Positions 1-11,598 of a DNA stretch of 64,000 bases are shown here, piece by piece. A program made the position numbers and the translations under genes. This DNA comes from Octopus sinensis (Eukaryota): positions 97,836,001 through 97,900,000 of the forward strand of contig NC_043006.1 in assembly GCF_006345805.1 (NCBI RefSeq), given 5' to 3'. Numbering within the stretch: the first letter of the stretch is position 1; every line of letters begins with the position of its first letter. A model generated the notes under the pieces. It had not been told where the DNA came from and ran no database searches. It saw only the letters and a list, made by a program, of their open reading frames with translations.

Positions 1-597
1 CTAGAAGAGGGAACGATAACGGCCGAGAAAGCAGAGGACTCCTCAAACAGAGGCCGAAAGAGGAAGGTGAGCAACAATGGGTGCTCACCAAAGGATAATA
101 GGGATGAGGAGAGGAAGGCGAATCTTCCAGCCACGGAGGAGACGCACCCTCCCTCAGTTGAAAAGGGAAAAAAAAAGAAAAAGAGGAAGAAAAACGGGAC
201 ATTACCGGCTGTCAGTGTAGCACCGGAATGTCCCGGAACTACGTCGGTTGGGGTTGTGCCACCGACAAGAGAAGGAATACCGTTGGCGGGAACTGTGCCG
301 CCAACGAAAGAACTGAACGTATTGGTCCTCTTCTATAGAGGAGGAGAAATTGAAAAAGTGATGGAAGAGCACTACAAGGGAGCACCTTTAGCCTTCACAC
401 AGGACCCCGAATGGCCTCCGCTGGTAGCTGTGGAGGCCGTGGCGTTCGACGTGACGCTAGGGCTAAAGGAGCTCAATGAAGATTATAACTTGGTCCCGGG
501 CGACGCGAACTCGGAACTTGACTACGTTCTGAGGGAGGCGTGGTTGATGGTGGAGGGCGCGGGCACAAGCTATTTCGAGGACGATATGTATTATTAG
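1..597 (+). mobile_element. Open frame running in from the window edge; probable 3' end of a retroelement ORF1-like protein
   Basis: Frame 1 is open from base 1 (LEEGTITAEK...) to TAG at 595-597. It is GC-richer than the flanks, with a basic/low-complexity part (GKKKKKRKK) and an acidic end. No domain recognised; the ORF1 label is inference. Confidence 0.4.
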
Positions 598-599
598 CA

Positions 600-718
600 A
601 TGGACTTAAGTCCAAAAATTGAAAAATTGTAAAGGATTAATACCTCGTTTTGTATTAATAATGGACTGCTAAGTCCAAAAATTGAAAAATTGTAAGAGGT
701 TTAATACCTCGTTTTGTG
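600..718 (+). repeat. Two-copy ~60 bp tandem duplication after the ORF
   Basis: ATGGAC..TAAGTCCAAAAATTGAAAAATTGTAA..G..TTAATACCTCGTTTTGT starts at ~600 and again at ~661. Confidence 0.9.
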
Positions 719-893
719 TTTATCTTTTTTAAAAAGAACAATGTTTTAGAGAAGCAAAAGTCGGCGGGCGCTTTCTGTCTTCTCCCATCGTTATCATCTT
801 TCTTTCATTATCATTCACCTCATTAATGTCCTCGTCCAGCCCGCAAAGCTAACTTAATCTGTGTACTGCCTTTATGGCAAATGTTTTGAAATA

Positions 894-1276
894 AAGTAGC
901 TTGTTTCCCAACCACATGGTTCCGGGTTTAGTCCCACAGCGTGGCACCTTGGGAAAGTGTCTTCTACTATAGCTTCAGGCTGACCAAAGCCTTGTGAGTG
1001 GAAACTGAAAGAAGCCCGTCGTATATATGTATATATATATGTGTGTGTGTGTGTGTGCGTGTGTGTTTGAGTGTCTGTGTTTGTCCTCCTAGCATTGCTT
1101 GACAACCGATGCTGGTGTGTTTACGTCCCCGTCACTTAGCGGTTTGGCAAAAGAGACCGATAGAATAAGTACTAGGCTTACAAAGAATAAGTCCCGGGGT
1201 CGAGTTGCTCGACTAAATGCGGTGCTCCAGCATGGCCGCAGTCAAATTACTGAAACAAGTAAAAGAGAAAAAAAAA
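894..1276 (+). mobile_element. tRNA-derived SINE, family A (5'-clipped)
   Basis: B-box-like GGTTCCGGGTTTAGTCCC, body CCTTGGGAAAGTGTCTTCTACTATAGC, internal (TA)/(TG) tract, 3' GAAACAAGTAAAAGAG. Homologous to the copies at 7969, 17640, 44185 and 61562. Confidence 0.85.
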
Positions 1277-1529
1277 TATGACAAAATAATAGGAGACTCT
1301 TGTCTGGAATGCCTTTGTTTATATGCTTGAAGCTAAGCAACAAGAAATAATGTTATGCGAAAATAGTTAAAACTTAATAGGTACGTTTAATTATTAGTCT
1401 ACTATGTCTCCTTCGATTCATTTTGTTCTTTCAATCCTTGGCCTTCAGGTATACTATCGCTGCACATTCAAATTATTTTAGTTGATTACAGCCTGTAGTT
1501 TGTACAAATATTCATATTTATTTTGTTCT

Positions 1530-2000
1530 AAGGCAGAGAGGTTGCAAAATTATTAGTGTGCCGAGGAAAATGCTTGGTGATATTTCATCCGTCTTTTAAA
1601 TTCTACTCAGTTTGACTTTACCTTTCATCATTTAGCAGTCGATAGAATAAGTACCGGTTGGTTACTGGGGTCGATGGAATCGACTTACCCACCTCTCATG
1701 AAATCGCTGGTCGTGTGTTAAAATTTGAATCTAATATTTATTTTATTCAGCGCGATGAGCTGGCAGAACAGTAAGCACGTCGAGTAAAGTGCTTAGGTAG
1801 GTAGGCATGTACAGAGAGAAGGAGGAGAAAGAGAAAGAGAGAGTGAGAGAGACAGACAAAAAGAGAGGGATAACGAGAAAGAGAGAAAGAGATAGGAAGG
1901 GACCTGGAGAAGAATAAACTCCACTTGACCGGGACTCTGTCGATCCACAGAGGATAAAAGAACAAAGTGGACATCGATGGCATTTGAACTCAGAGTAAAG
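1530..2000. mobile_element. Degenerate SINE family E fragments (1530-1740 +, 1750-1798 +, 1912-2000 -)
   Basis: Matches to GAGCTGGCAGAA head, GACTTT.CCTTTCATC and GGGGTCGAT..AATCGAC motifs shared with 13035, 21128 and 60005. Confidence 0.6.
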
Positions 2001-2021
2001 AAAATCGATATTCTCATGAAT

Positions 2022-2058
<37 letters not shown>

Positions 2059-2067
2059 ACACACACA

Positions 2068-2105
<38 letters not shown>

Positions 2106-2159
2106 GCACTACCCCACAAACGCAGACACACGCACACATACACACACGCACATACACAT

Positions 2160-2285
2160 GACAAAAAACAACGACAGAATAAATACCAGGCTTAAAATTA
2201 TAAGTACAACGGTTGATTTGTTCGACTAAAATTCTTTGAAGCATGGCCGCGATCGCATGACTGAAACAAGTAAAAGATAAAAGAT
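2160..2285 (+). mobile_element. SINE family A 3' fragment
   Basis: TTCGACTAAA...GCATGGCCGC...TGACTGAAACAAGTAAAAGATAA matches the family A 3' end. Confidence 0.65.
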
Positions 2286-2308
2286 AATAATGTGTGTACG
2301 CGTATATA

Positions 2309-2605
2309 CGAGGAGTTACCCAAAAGTAATAGGAAATATTCTCTGTGAGGCGAGCCCGTTGTAGTTCAGGTTACCGCCGCTAGAAGTCACTTGATGCAAC
2401 CCTCAGGCATCGGTCTGCCGACCGGCATGGTTGGTTTCAGTCAGTGCGTCTTTGGTTTGTAGTGCTTCTCCCTTGTTTTAGATTCTTTGAGATGGCTGAA
2501 ACGAAGGAACAACGTACTTCTGTGAAATTCTGTTTCCTGCTGGGGCAAACGGCGGCCGAAGTAGTTTTTATGATTCAGACAGCTTACAAGGACCTTGGCA
2601 TGAGC
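2309..2605 (+). mobile_element. mariner-type DNA transposon, 5' TIR and N-terminal transposase fragment
   Basis: TA (2307-2308) followed by CGAGG.. TIR-like start. ATG 2492 encodes MAETKEQRTSVKFCFLLGQTAAEVVFMIQTAYKD, the mariner N-terminal HTH signature (EQR..IKFCF.LG.TA.E). Confidence 0.8.
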
Positions 2606-2617
2606 AAGATATATACT

Positions 2618-3008
2618 GGATTTTGGAAGCACTCCGTCGGTTACGACGACGAGGGTTCCGGTTGATCCGAATCAACGGAACAGCCTGCTCGTGAAATTAA
2701 CGTGTAAGTGGCTGAGCATCCACAGACACGTGTACCCATAACGTAGTTCTCGGGGATATTCAGCGTGACACAGAGAGCGACAAGGCCGGCCGCTTGAAAT
2801 ACAGGTACAATAGAAACAGGAAGTAAGAGTGAGAAAAAGTTGTGGTGAAAGAGTACAGCAGGGATCACCACCATCCCCTGCCGGAGCCTCGTGGAGCTTT
2901 AGGTGTTTTCGCTCAATAAACACTCACAACGCCCGGTCTGGGAATCGAAACCGCGATCCTATGACCGCGAGTCCGCTGCCCTAACCACTGGGCTATTGCG
3001 CCTCCACT
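2618..3008 (-). mobile_element. tRNA-derived SINE family B, full length, with 12-bp TSD
   Basis: Head AGTGGAGGCGCAATAGCCCAGTGG / GTTTCGATTCCC on the minus strand. Direct repeat AAGATATATACT at 2606-2617 and 3009-3020. Confidence 0.9.
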
Positions 3009-3995
3009 AAGATATATACTATCGAATAGGGAAAGGAAGTGTTGTATTTGGAAAGCTCAAAAAGCGAGGATGGGCAGATAGAGGTATTTCCCTGCAGACA
3101 AAAACCAATGTCCATAAGGCCTGTGTATTGACTGCACTTCTTTATTCAAGTGAGACGTGAACCACTTACAAACGTCGTATAAAAATGCTTGAGAGATTCC
3201 ATCAAAAGTGCCTCAGATGTACCTTAGGAGTCACGTGGGAATATTTCATACCAAGTACAGAATTCTTGCGCATGGCACTATGTAGCTCAATTGAATAACA
3301 TGTTGTGTTGGCTCAAATGAGATGAACTGGACATGTTATTGGAAGGAAAGACAAGCGATTGCCAAAGCGTCTTTTTTATGGTAAGCTCAGCTCTGGTAAG
3401 CGACCACAACAGAAGCCGAGGAAAAGTTATAAAAACTGTGTGAAGGAGAACCTGAAGAAACTAGATATGGAGTGATTTGGAAAATGATGTTCTAGATCTG
3501 AACAAGTGTAGGGGTGCTGTAATGCCAGGGAGGAAAAGATGATTCAGCACTCTGAGCTTAAAAGGGCCTGTCGCAAAGGAACATTCGGTACTCTAATCAA
3601 CAATGAATGTTGGATATGTAATATATGTGATCGTGTTCGGTGTTGTCAGAAGCAGGATATGTGAAACATATGAAGTGACTTGAAAATCGAATTGCCCAGA
3701 TAGGTAATAAAATTGGACACCAACCGCCTCTTACGACTTGTGTCATATGTCACAAAACTTGAAAGACTTAGCACACATATGCTAGTTCACAAAATCATTG
3801 CTTCAGAATCAGGTTCCAGAAGGCAAAGATGTAGAAAAAACTTGAATAATATCTGTCACTTGTGTTTTAAATCCTGTCAGTCAGCAACTGGTTTTAAATG
3901 TCATCTAAGGGCGCATCAACGGAGTGATTTTGCGGTGTGATGGGCTGTTGTGTGTGTTGATGGAACGGCTATCATCTGTCAAGATGAAACAATCA
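3009..3995 (+). mobile_element. RTE-clade LINE 3' fragment (RT C-terminus plus three degenerate C2H2 fingers), with frameshifts and stops
   Basis: Reads DIYYRIGKGSVVFGKL..ISLQTKTNVHKACVLTALLYSSET*T..LERFHQKCLR, typical of RTE/BovB ORFs. The last finger CHLCFKSCQSATGFKCHLRAH precedes the stop at 3940. Confidence 0.85.
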
Positions 3996-4004
3996 TCATT
4001 TATC

Positions 4005-4082
<78 letters not shown>

Positions 4083-5090
4083 ATGTTTATGTACATGTAT
4101 ATGACGGACCTCTGTCACTGTTCACGTGAATGAAACCAGATTCCATTCACAAGGAAATACTAAATTCGAGATTACAGGTTTAGACATTGATCACAGTGCC
4201 ACACGGTTGAATCGATCTTGGAACTAAACAATTTTGAACGAATAAAGCAACCGAATCTCCTATATATTCAACTATTTTCAGTAAGTTTAAGTCCAATATA
4301 ATTTATTTCTGATATTTCTTTACAACTAATTTGAACTTTACACTAAATTTGCTGACTTATTTCTGTTTTGAAAAATAAAATTTTCCAATTGTAAATTTTG
4401 AAGAACTATGCTAATGAGACGTGAATAAAGATGAAAAATAAAGATAGAAAGATAGAGAAGGAAAAAAAAGTAGACATGAAAAATAAAAAAAAAAAGAACT
4501 TGTATTTTCCGACTGAACAGAAAGATCTGAGTTACAAAATTAAATTAAAGACTCCTACTTTTAATCAAATTAACAATACGCTGCCATCTTATTATTCACC
4601 GTCCTTTCCTTCTTTCTGATTCTGCAGATCTTTTTCTTTATTTTGCTCTATGAATATGTGTATTAATAACATATATCTCTGCATATTCTTTTGTGATACT
4701 ATAATTTTAAAACTATAATTTTCTCTTCCGTTTATAGTAGAAGTTTCGATGTAATTATATAATTTTAGTACTCGAAATAATAACACCATTAGTATCATTG
4801 AAGACGTCAGGAGCAGTTGATTGGTGGCGTCGTTAGAGCATTGGCAAGAAAGAGGAAAATGGTAATGGTATGTGATCCAAATCTTTATGTTCTAATATCA
4901 AATTACACTGAGATCCTTACATTTTCGGTTCAAATCACGTCGAAGTCAAATTTTCTTCTTGGAGCCGCTAAAACAAGGTGTCATTGAAGCACTGGATACA
5001 ATGTCATCAACCGTCCCAATCTCTCTAATAACTGGATTCGTTCCTAAACGAGAAATAGTTAATATGTTCATGAACATTCTAAGCTGAAAT

Positions 5091-5483
5091 CTAGTGGAGG
5101 CGCAATGGCCCAGTGGTTAGGGCAGCGGACTCGCGGTCATAGGATCGCGGTTTCGATTCCCAGACCGGGCGTTGTGAGTGTTTATTGAGCGAAAACACCT
5201 AAAAGCTCCGCGAGGCTCCGGCAGGGGATGGTGGTGATCCCTGCTGTACTCTTTCACCACAACTTTCTCTCACTCTTACTTCCTGTTTCTGTTGTACCTG
5301 TATTTCAAGGGGCCGGCCTTGTCACTCTCTGTGTCACGCTGAATATCCCCGAGAACTACGTTAAGGGTACACGCGTCTGTGGAGTGCTCAGCCACTTACA
5401 CGCTAATTTCACGAGCAGGCTGTTCCGTTGATTCGGATCAACCGGAACCCTCATCGTCGTAACCGACGGAGTGCTTCCCATCC
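5091..5483 (+). mobile_element. tRNA-derived SINE family B, full length, with 10-bp TSD
   Basis: A-box TGGCCCAGTGG, B-box-like GTTTCGATTCCC. Direct repeat AAGCTGAAAT at 5081-5090 and 5484-5493. About 97% identical (hand count) to the inverted copy at 2618-3008. Confidence 0.9.
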
Positions 5484-6837
5484 AAGCTGAAATATGTATT
5501 AGGGTTCTTCACTTCCTGAGTTTAAATCTCAACGAGGTAGCCTTAGCCTTTTCTCCTTTCGGGATGATAATAAAATTACGTACTGGTCATAATTGGATGA
5601 AATAACTGAAGATCTGTTCCCTCAAAATATATGGTCGTGTGCACATGGAAGAAGATGGTAAATCTGTGGATTGGCAAGGCTGACAAGACGTCAATATAAA
5701 TGCTTTGTAGTATTATCTTCAACTTATGCCTTTGTTAAATATACTTTACGACCTGTTTAGTACTGGAGTGAATATAGTCGGTTACCCCAACGTTGCAGAC
5801 TACGTTTCTAAATGCCTTTCCTTAAATTGCGTTGGTTCGTAAGAGATGATTTTCTAAAATGTACTGTATATTTTCATGCATTGTTGTAGCCTTTTGTATG
5901 TCGATTCGTAATCTGTGAATATATATTACGTCAACTTGTAGTTTAAAGTCTGTGATATCTAGTCGAATTTCAGTTTGCGTAATCCTGGCCAGAGATGAAG
6001 TGTTACAATTGTCTACACAAATGTTAGTAAAAGCATAGCAGCTACAATATCAACATTTTCTTTGTAGGTTCATCGATAACATTAACATAACACTCGACAT
6101 TAATTGTGTCACTATTACAATTTTTAACGTCACTGCCATTATTTCTTCTTTGTGCAGTATTATCAAATACACTGTAACACGCTCTTTCTATCATCAACAA
6201 CCAAGGCAACCTGCAATTGCGCATAATATCATTGTACATATATTTCAGCTCAATTTTCGATGCAAACTGACTTTGAACTCATTTATTTGCAATAGTTAGG
6301 AATTAATCTAAGAACATTTATAAGGGATTCAAATTAGCATCGTGCAACGTTTAGATTCATTCCGCTGTCTGACGTATTATATATCTCACTGTCACTGGAC
6401 AATGCCTTAGTGTGTCTAAACATCAACAACTAAGCACTGTTTGTATACGTGTTGATGTCATAAGATTCCCATACACTTTCGAGAAAACACGAAACAATCT
6501 TTTTCCAGTTGTGTCCCTCGATAGTCACATAAAGCTATAAAAAATAGCATGTTAATATTGTGTTAAAAGTTCCTATTTGGTAGATATGGTCAAATGATTA
6601 CTTTGCTACAATGATAGGAGGCTATTCATGTCTACAGGAGATGTGTATTCGTGCCACATGGGCATCCTTCAGCGTTTTGAATCCAAAAGGAATTTTTCAA
6701 ACCAAATATTACATGATGTCATTTATAGAATTATGTGAGCCTCCTCTTCACTGTCAACATTGCACTGATGAAGTGAAGTGTTGTCAATAATCCGGTTGTA
6801 GCTTGGAGTGACAACATTTTGACACGATATAACAATA

Positions 6838-6848
6838 TCTATCTATCT

Positions 6849-6929
<81 letters not shown>

Positions 6930-6930
6930 A
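6838..6930. repeat. (TATC)n microsatellite
   Basis: Direct reading. Confidence 0.95.
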
Positions 6931-7132
6931 TATATATATTATACTACAAAATTAGAAAATGGAGAAACATACTTAAATCAATCAAACATCAACCAACAAA
7001 TGATACCCTATCAATACTTTATTACACCATTACATAACAGTAAAGGCATTATACAAAATATATTGTAAATATAATTAGACAAGGAAATAGAAATATAAAA
7101 TATAAAATATACTGTGTAATTATATAATTATA

Positions 7133-7180
<48 letters not shown>

Positions 7181-7183
<3 letters not shown>

Positions 7184-7567
7184 TCTTTACTCTTAATCTT
7201 TTACTTGTTTCAGTCATTTAACTGTGGCCATGCTGGAGCAACGCCTTTAGTCGAGCACATCGACCCCAAGACTTATTCTTTGTAAGCTTAGTACTTATTC
7301 TATCGGTCTCTTTTGCCGAACCGCTAAGTTATGGGGACGTAAATACACCAGCATCGATTGTCAACCGATGTTGGGCGGACAAACACAGACATACAAACAC
7401 ACACATGTATATATACATATATATATGTATACGACGGGCTTCTTTCGGTTCCCGTCTACCATATCCACTCACAAGGCTTTGGTCGGCCCGAGGCTATAGC
7501 AGAAGACACTTGCCCAAGGTGCCACGCAATGGGACTGAACGCGGATCCATATTGATGGTAAGCAAGC
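7181..7567 (-). mobile_element. SINE family A
   Basis: Reverse complement of the family A body (CACTTGCCCAAGGTGCCACGC, CTTGTTTCAGTCATTT). Confidence 0.85.
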
Positions 7568-7608
7568 TATATATATATATATATATATATTGGCCTGCTC
7601 GCTTAGCC

Positions 7609-7792
7609 ATGACTGAAACAAGTAAAAAGAGTAAAAAGAGTAATATATATATATATATATATATATTGGCCTGCTCGCTTAGCCAGCGGGGTGGCGTCAT
7701 TCGAAGGCTAAAACAATGCGAACGCATTGGACCAGCGATGTGTAACAACATCAGATGGTCTGGTCGGTCACGTGATCACGTGATATATATAT

Positions 7793-7824
<32 letters not shown>

Positions 7825-8003
7825 ATCACGTGATCACGTGACCGACCAGACCATCTGATGTTGTTACACATCGCTGGTCACAATGCGTTCGCATTGTTTT
7901 AGCCTTCGAATGACGCCACCCCGCTGGCTAAGCGAGCAGGCCAATATATATATATATATATATATATATTACTCTTTTTACTCTTTTTGCTTGTTTCAGT
8001 CAT
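7609..8003. repeat. ~395 bp fold-back palindrome centred on a (TA)n tract
   Basis: 7609-7783 is the reverse complement of 7826-8003, with one substitution and one 1-nt indel outside the TA tracts. Confidence 0.95.
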
Positions 8004-8382
8004 TTGACTGCGGCCATGCTGGAGCACCGCCTTTAGTCGAGCAACTCGACCCCGGGACTTATTCTTTGTAAGCCCAGTACTTATTCTATCGGTCTCTTTT
8101 GCCGAACCGCTAAGTGACGGGGACGTAAACACACCAGCATCAGTTGTCAAGCAATGCTAGGAGAACAAACACAGACACACAAACATATTCACACACACTT
8201 ATATATATATACATATATACGACAGGCTTCTTTCCGTTTCCGTCTACCAAATCCACTCACAAGGCATTGGTCGGCCCGGGGCTATAGCAGAAGACACTTG
8301 CCCAAGATGCCACGCAGTGGGACTGAACTCGGAACCATGTGGTTGGTTAGCAAGCTACTTACCAAACAGCCACTCCTGCGCC
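7969..8382 (-). mobile_element. SINE family A, full length
   Basis: Minus-strand head GGCGCAGGAGTGGCTGTTTGG..GAGTTCAGTCCC. Shares diagnostic bases with 61562-61965. Confidence 0.9.
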
Positions 8383-8646
8383 ATATGTATATATGTATAA
8401 TATATATATATTGTTTTATGCCTCAGAGAGCGCACATTAGAACTTAATGTAAAAGACCTGAGGAAACGCACACATAGAATGGAAGAATACTCAAAGTTCA
8501 CAGATATTATAAACAATAGTTAATAATATCTTATGGATGTGAACATGTCCTCATAAATTAATATGTGTGGCTACAGAAACGTATGTTGCAATACAATGGT
8601 AAAGTCTAAACATTTCTATCCACAAGTCATTTTCGTTATTACTATA

Positions 8647-9192
<546 letters not shown>

Positions 9193-11203
9193 ATTGAAAA
9201 GTTAATGAGTTCGGAAGTTATGAAATGAGGTAAAGTGTAATTTAGTTTTTCAGGGTTGCCATTTCATCAGAGAGAATTTTCGTTTTTTGTTGTAAGGTAA
9301 GGCATTATGAATACAAGTAGTCTTATTAATCGTGACAGTGCTCTATTTTTCTCAAACGAAGTATGTTTTCTAAGAGTGTGGGATACTTTCGCATACTTCT
9401 TCTCCCTTTGTTGCTTCTATTTCCCTTAGGGAAAGTTTTAAAAGCGAATATAGTAGATTGTGTGAAGGTTTTGTGTATACAATGTGTTGCTGCTTCGTGT
9501 AGAAATCTAGGTAAGCGGAGTCACAATCATCACTGTGATAACAAAGTCGAACAATGGTTTAAAACTTTTGAGGTCACTTATTTTGTACTCGTACGTAACA
9601 CTATGCAGGTGTACCACGTGGATGGTAAGTGTGCGGTAGACTTCAAAATAAGAAAGTTTTAAAAAATGACAAACTTAAATACAAAAGTCATGTGACTTCC
9701 TGGTGTACAACTTTCTTGTAACAAAGTTTGATTACAAAATACATTCAACATATTTATTATGACTGACAGATGCGGGCGAAAAGTACCGTATGAGGAAAAA
9801 ATGTTGCATATACTGAAACACTTTCACCCATGGATATACAATTATCTACACATCATTATGTAAGGAAAACAATATATTTAAATTATCTTACAAAAACTTT
9901 GTCGGTTCATCATTCTAGAAGCAGCAGAAAATTGGTCACACTGGTACAAAGGTACGTTCGCAGTAACAAGAAATAACCAACGAAGAACATTTAGGGATGA
10001 CAGCAGGTTTTCTGAGATATAGACGGACAAAAAAGGGACCCCATCCCTTTTTCTGCAAACACAACAACCTTGATCCCAGATACAAACCGGAAGTGACTCA
10101 CTTCCGACAAATTGTGAAAACTAATACTAAATAGTAATACAATAGACTTATCGTTCGAGGTAACACAATGATATCATGTTTTGCCAGAAAAAGGTCGTGA
10201 GTTCAGGTAAATGAAATTTTGAGGGTAGGCAAGATGGTCTTTCATTAAACACTTACTTCTGTTGTTCAAGAGATGAGGCTCTTGCGAGTATCTTCTCAAA
10301 TAGCTAAGCTGTAGCTCGTAGATGATTCAACTCCCCCACACGCAATTGCTAATGTAATGGTACAAGCATCTCCAACGATTACCTCTGCTGTCTCTCTCTC
10401 TCTCTCTTTGTTTCTCACTCTCTCTCCTTCTCTTTATATTATCATTTGTTTTTCTCTATCTCAACCATATTAAAAGACAGGATTTTCTATTGATGAGAAT
10501 ATCTTTTAGTGCAGCGAATACAAGATAGACTAAACAGTACTAGAACATAACTACTTCAATACTGTGATTCATTCATCCAGATTACGTTGTAATAATATTT
10601 GTCAACGCCTTAATCACGTTGTTTTTGTATCTATTGCTCCGTTTATTTAAAATGAAATATTGATTCTCAACATACTCTCAAAACAATGCATTGCTGAGGA
10701 TAGACATATTGATAGAATCGACCGCTAAATATTTCTCATGTTCAGTCTACCGACTTCATCGAGGGAGAGAGAAAAGACAACGATCGATGACCTGTCTCTT
10801 TGCGTCCCCAAAGTCCATCCCCTCCTCACTGTGGTGGGGACGCTGGCAACGGGTAGTGTCAGAGCTATGCCGCCGGGAACTTCGCTTGCTGGTAGGGCCA
10901 CCCAAGGCGGATTGGTCTTGACACTGAGTGGTATTAGGGCCACAACCCGGCAGACGGGGCTCTGGTGAAAATCCTCGGAGTGTCTGTTTCGGCAACCGGC
11001 GGCTCTTCGGTCGTTCTGTCCCTGCGTCTGCGGACAATCTGCAGCAAACAGGATGTCTCTACATGCGGGATTGTTGGGGACCGCTTGTGAAATCCACATA
11101 TTCCCAAGAAATTTCTTCCAAGCAGAAGAAGCCGACTCAACCCGCCCAGGGTGAATGTCGTCACAAGTACAAATAAGTAAGATCGTTCTCTTTATATATT
11201 TCA

Positions 11204-11598
11204 CTAGCAGTATCGCCCGGCGTTGCTCGGGTTTGTAAGGGAAATAACTATGTAAGCATTTTTAGAGATGTAAAGTATAATAGCCATCTCAATATGGCTA
11301 ACCACAAGGGGGGGGGGTACTGTAGCTTTTTACGTTCTGAGATTTAATAATAAATTTTTAAAGAGTTACTTCCCTTATATATGCCAAAAATGCATAAAAA
11401 TGGGAAAAATTGATGGTCATTTTTTTTCTTTAATCGTAGACTCATCGTAGATGCGCGCTAATACCCAGAAGTGCTCGATATGAATCACGACTATAAGATA
11501 CCCGGTTTTGGTTAAACTGCACCGCAAAATGTGGGAGTAGTTAGGAATCTAAATCGGTGGAGACAAACAACACACAACCTTACTTTTATATATAAAGA
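11204..11598 (-). mobile_element. Non-autonomous Helitron-like element (395 bp)
   Basis: The minus strand starts TC(TTTATATATA) after an A and ends with hairpin CCCG-AGCAACGC-CGGG, then CGATACTG-CTAG before a T. These are canonical A|TC...CTRR|T Helitron termini, with no TSD. Confidence 0.75.

Noticed and set aside
5093-5170. tRNA genes at SINE heads (also 18092-18245, 26131 and 35920-35995)
   Set aside because: They have A/B boxes but no intact acceptor stem or cloverleaf, and they continue into repeat bodies, so they are SINE heads rather than tRNA genes.
6000-6800. Possible decayed hAT transposase
   Set aside because: Only vague motif echoes, with frequent stops in all frames.
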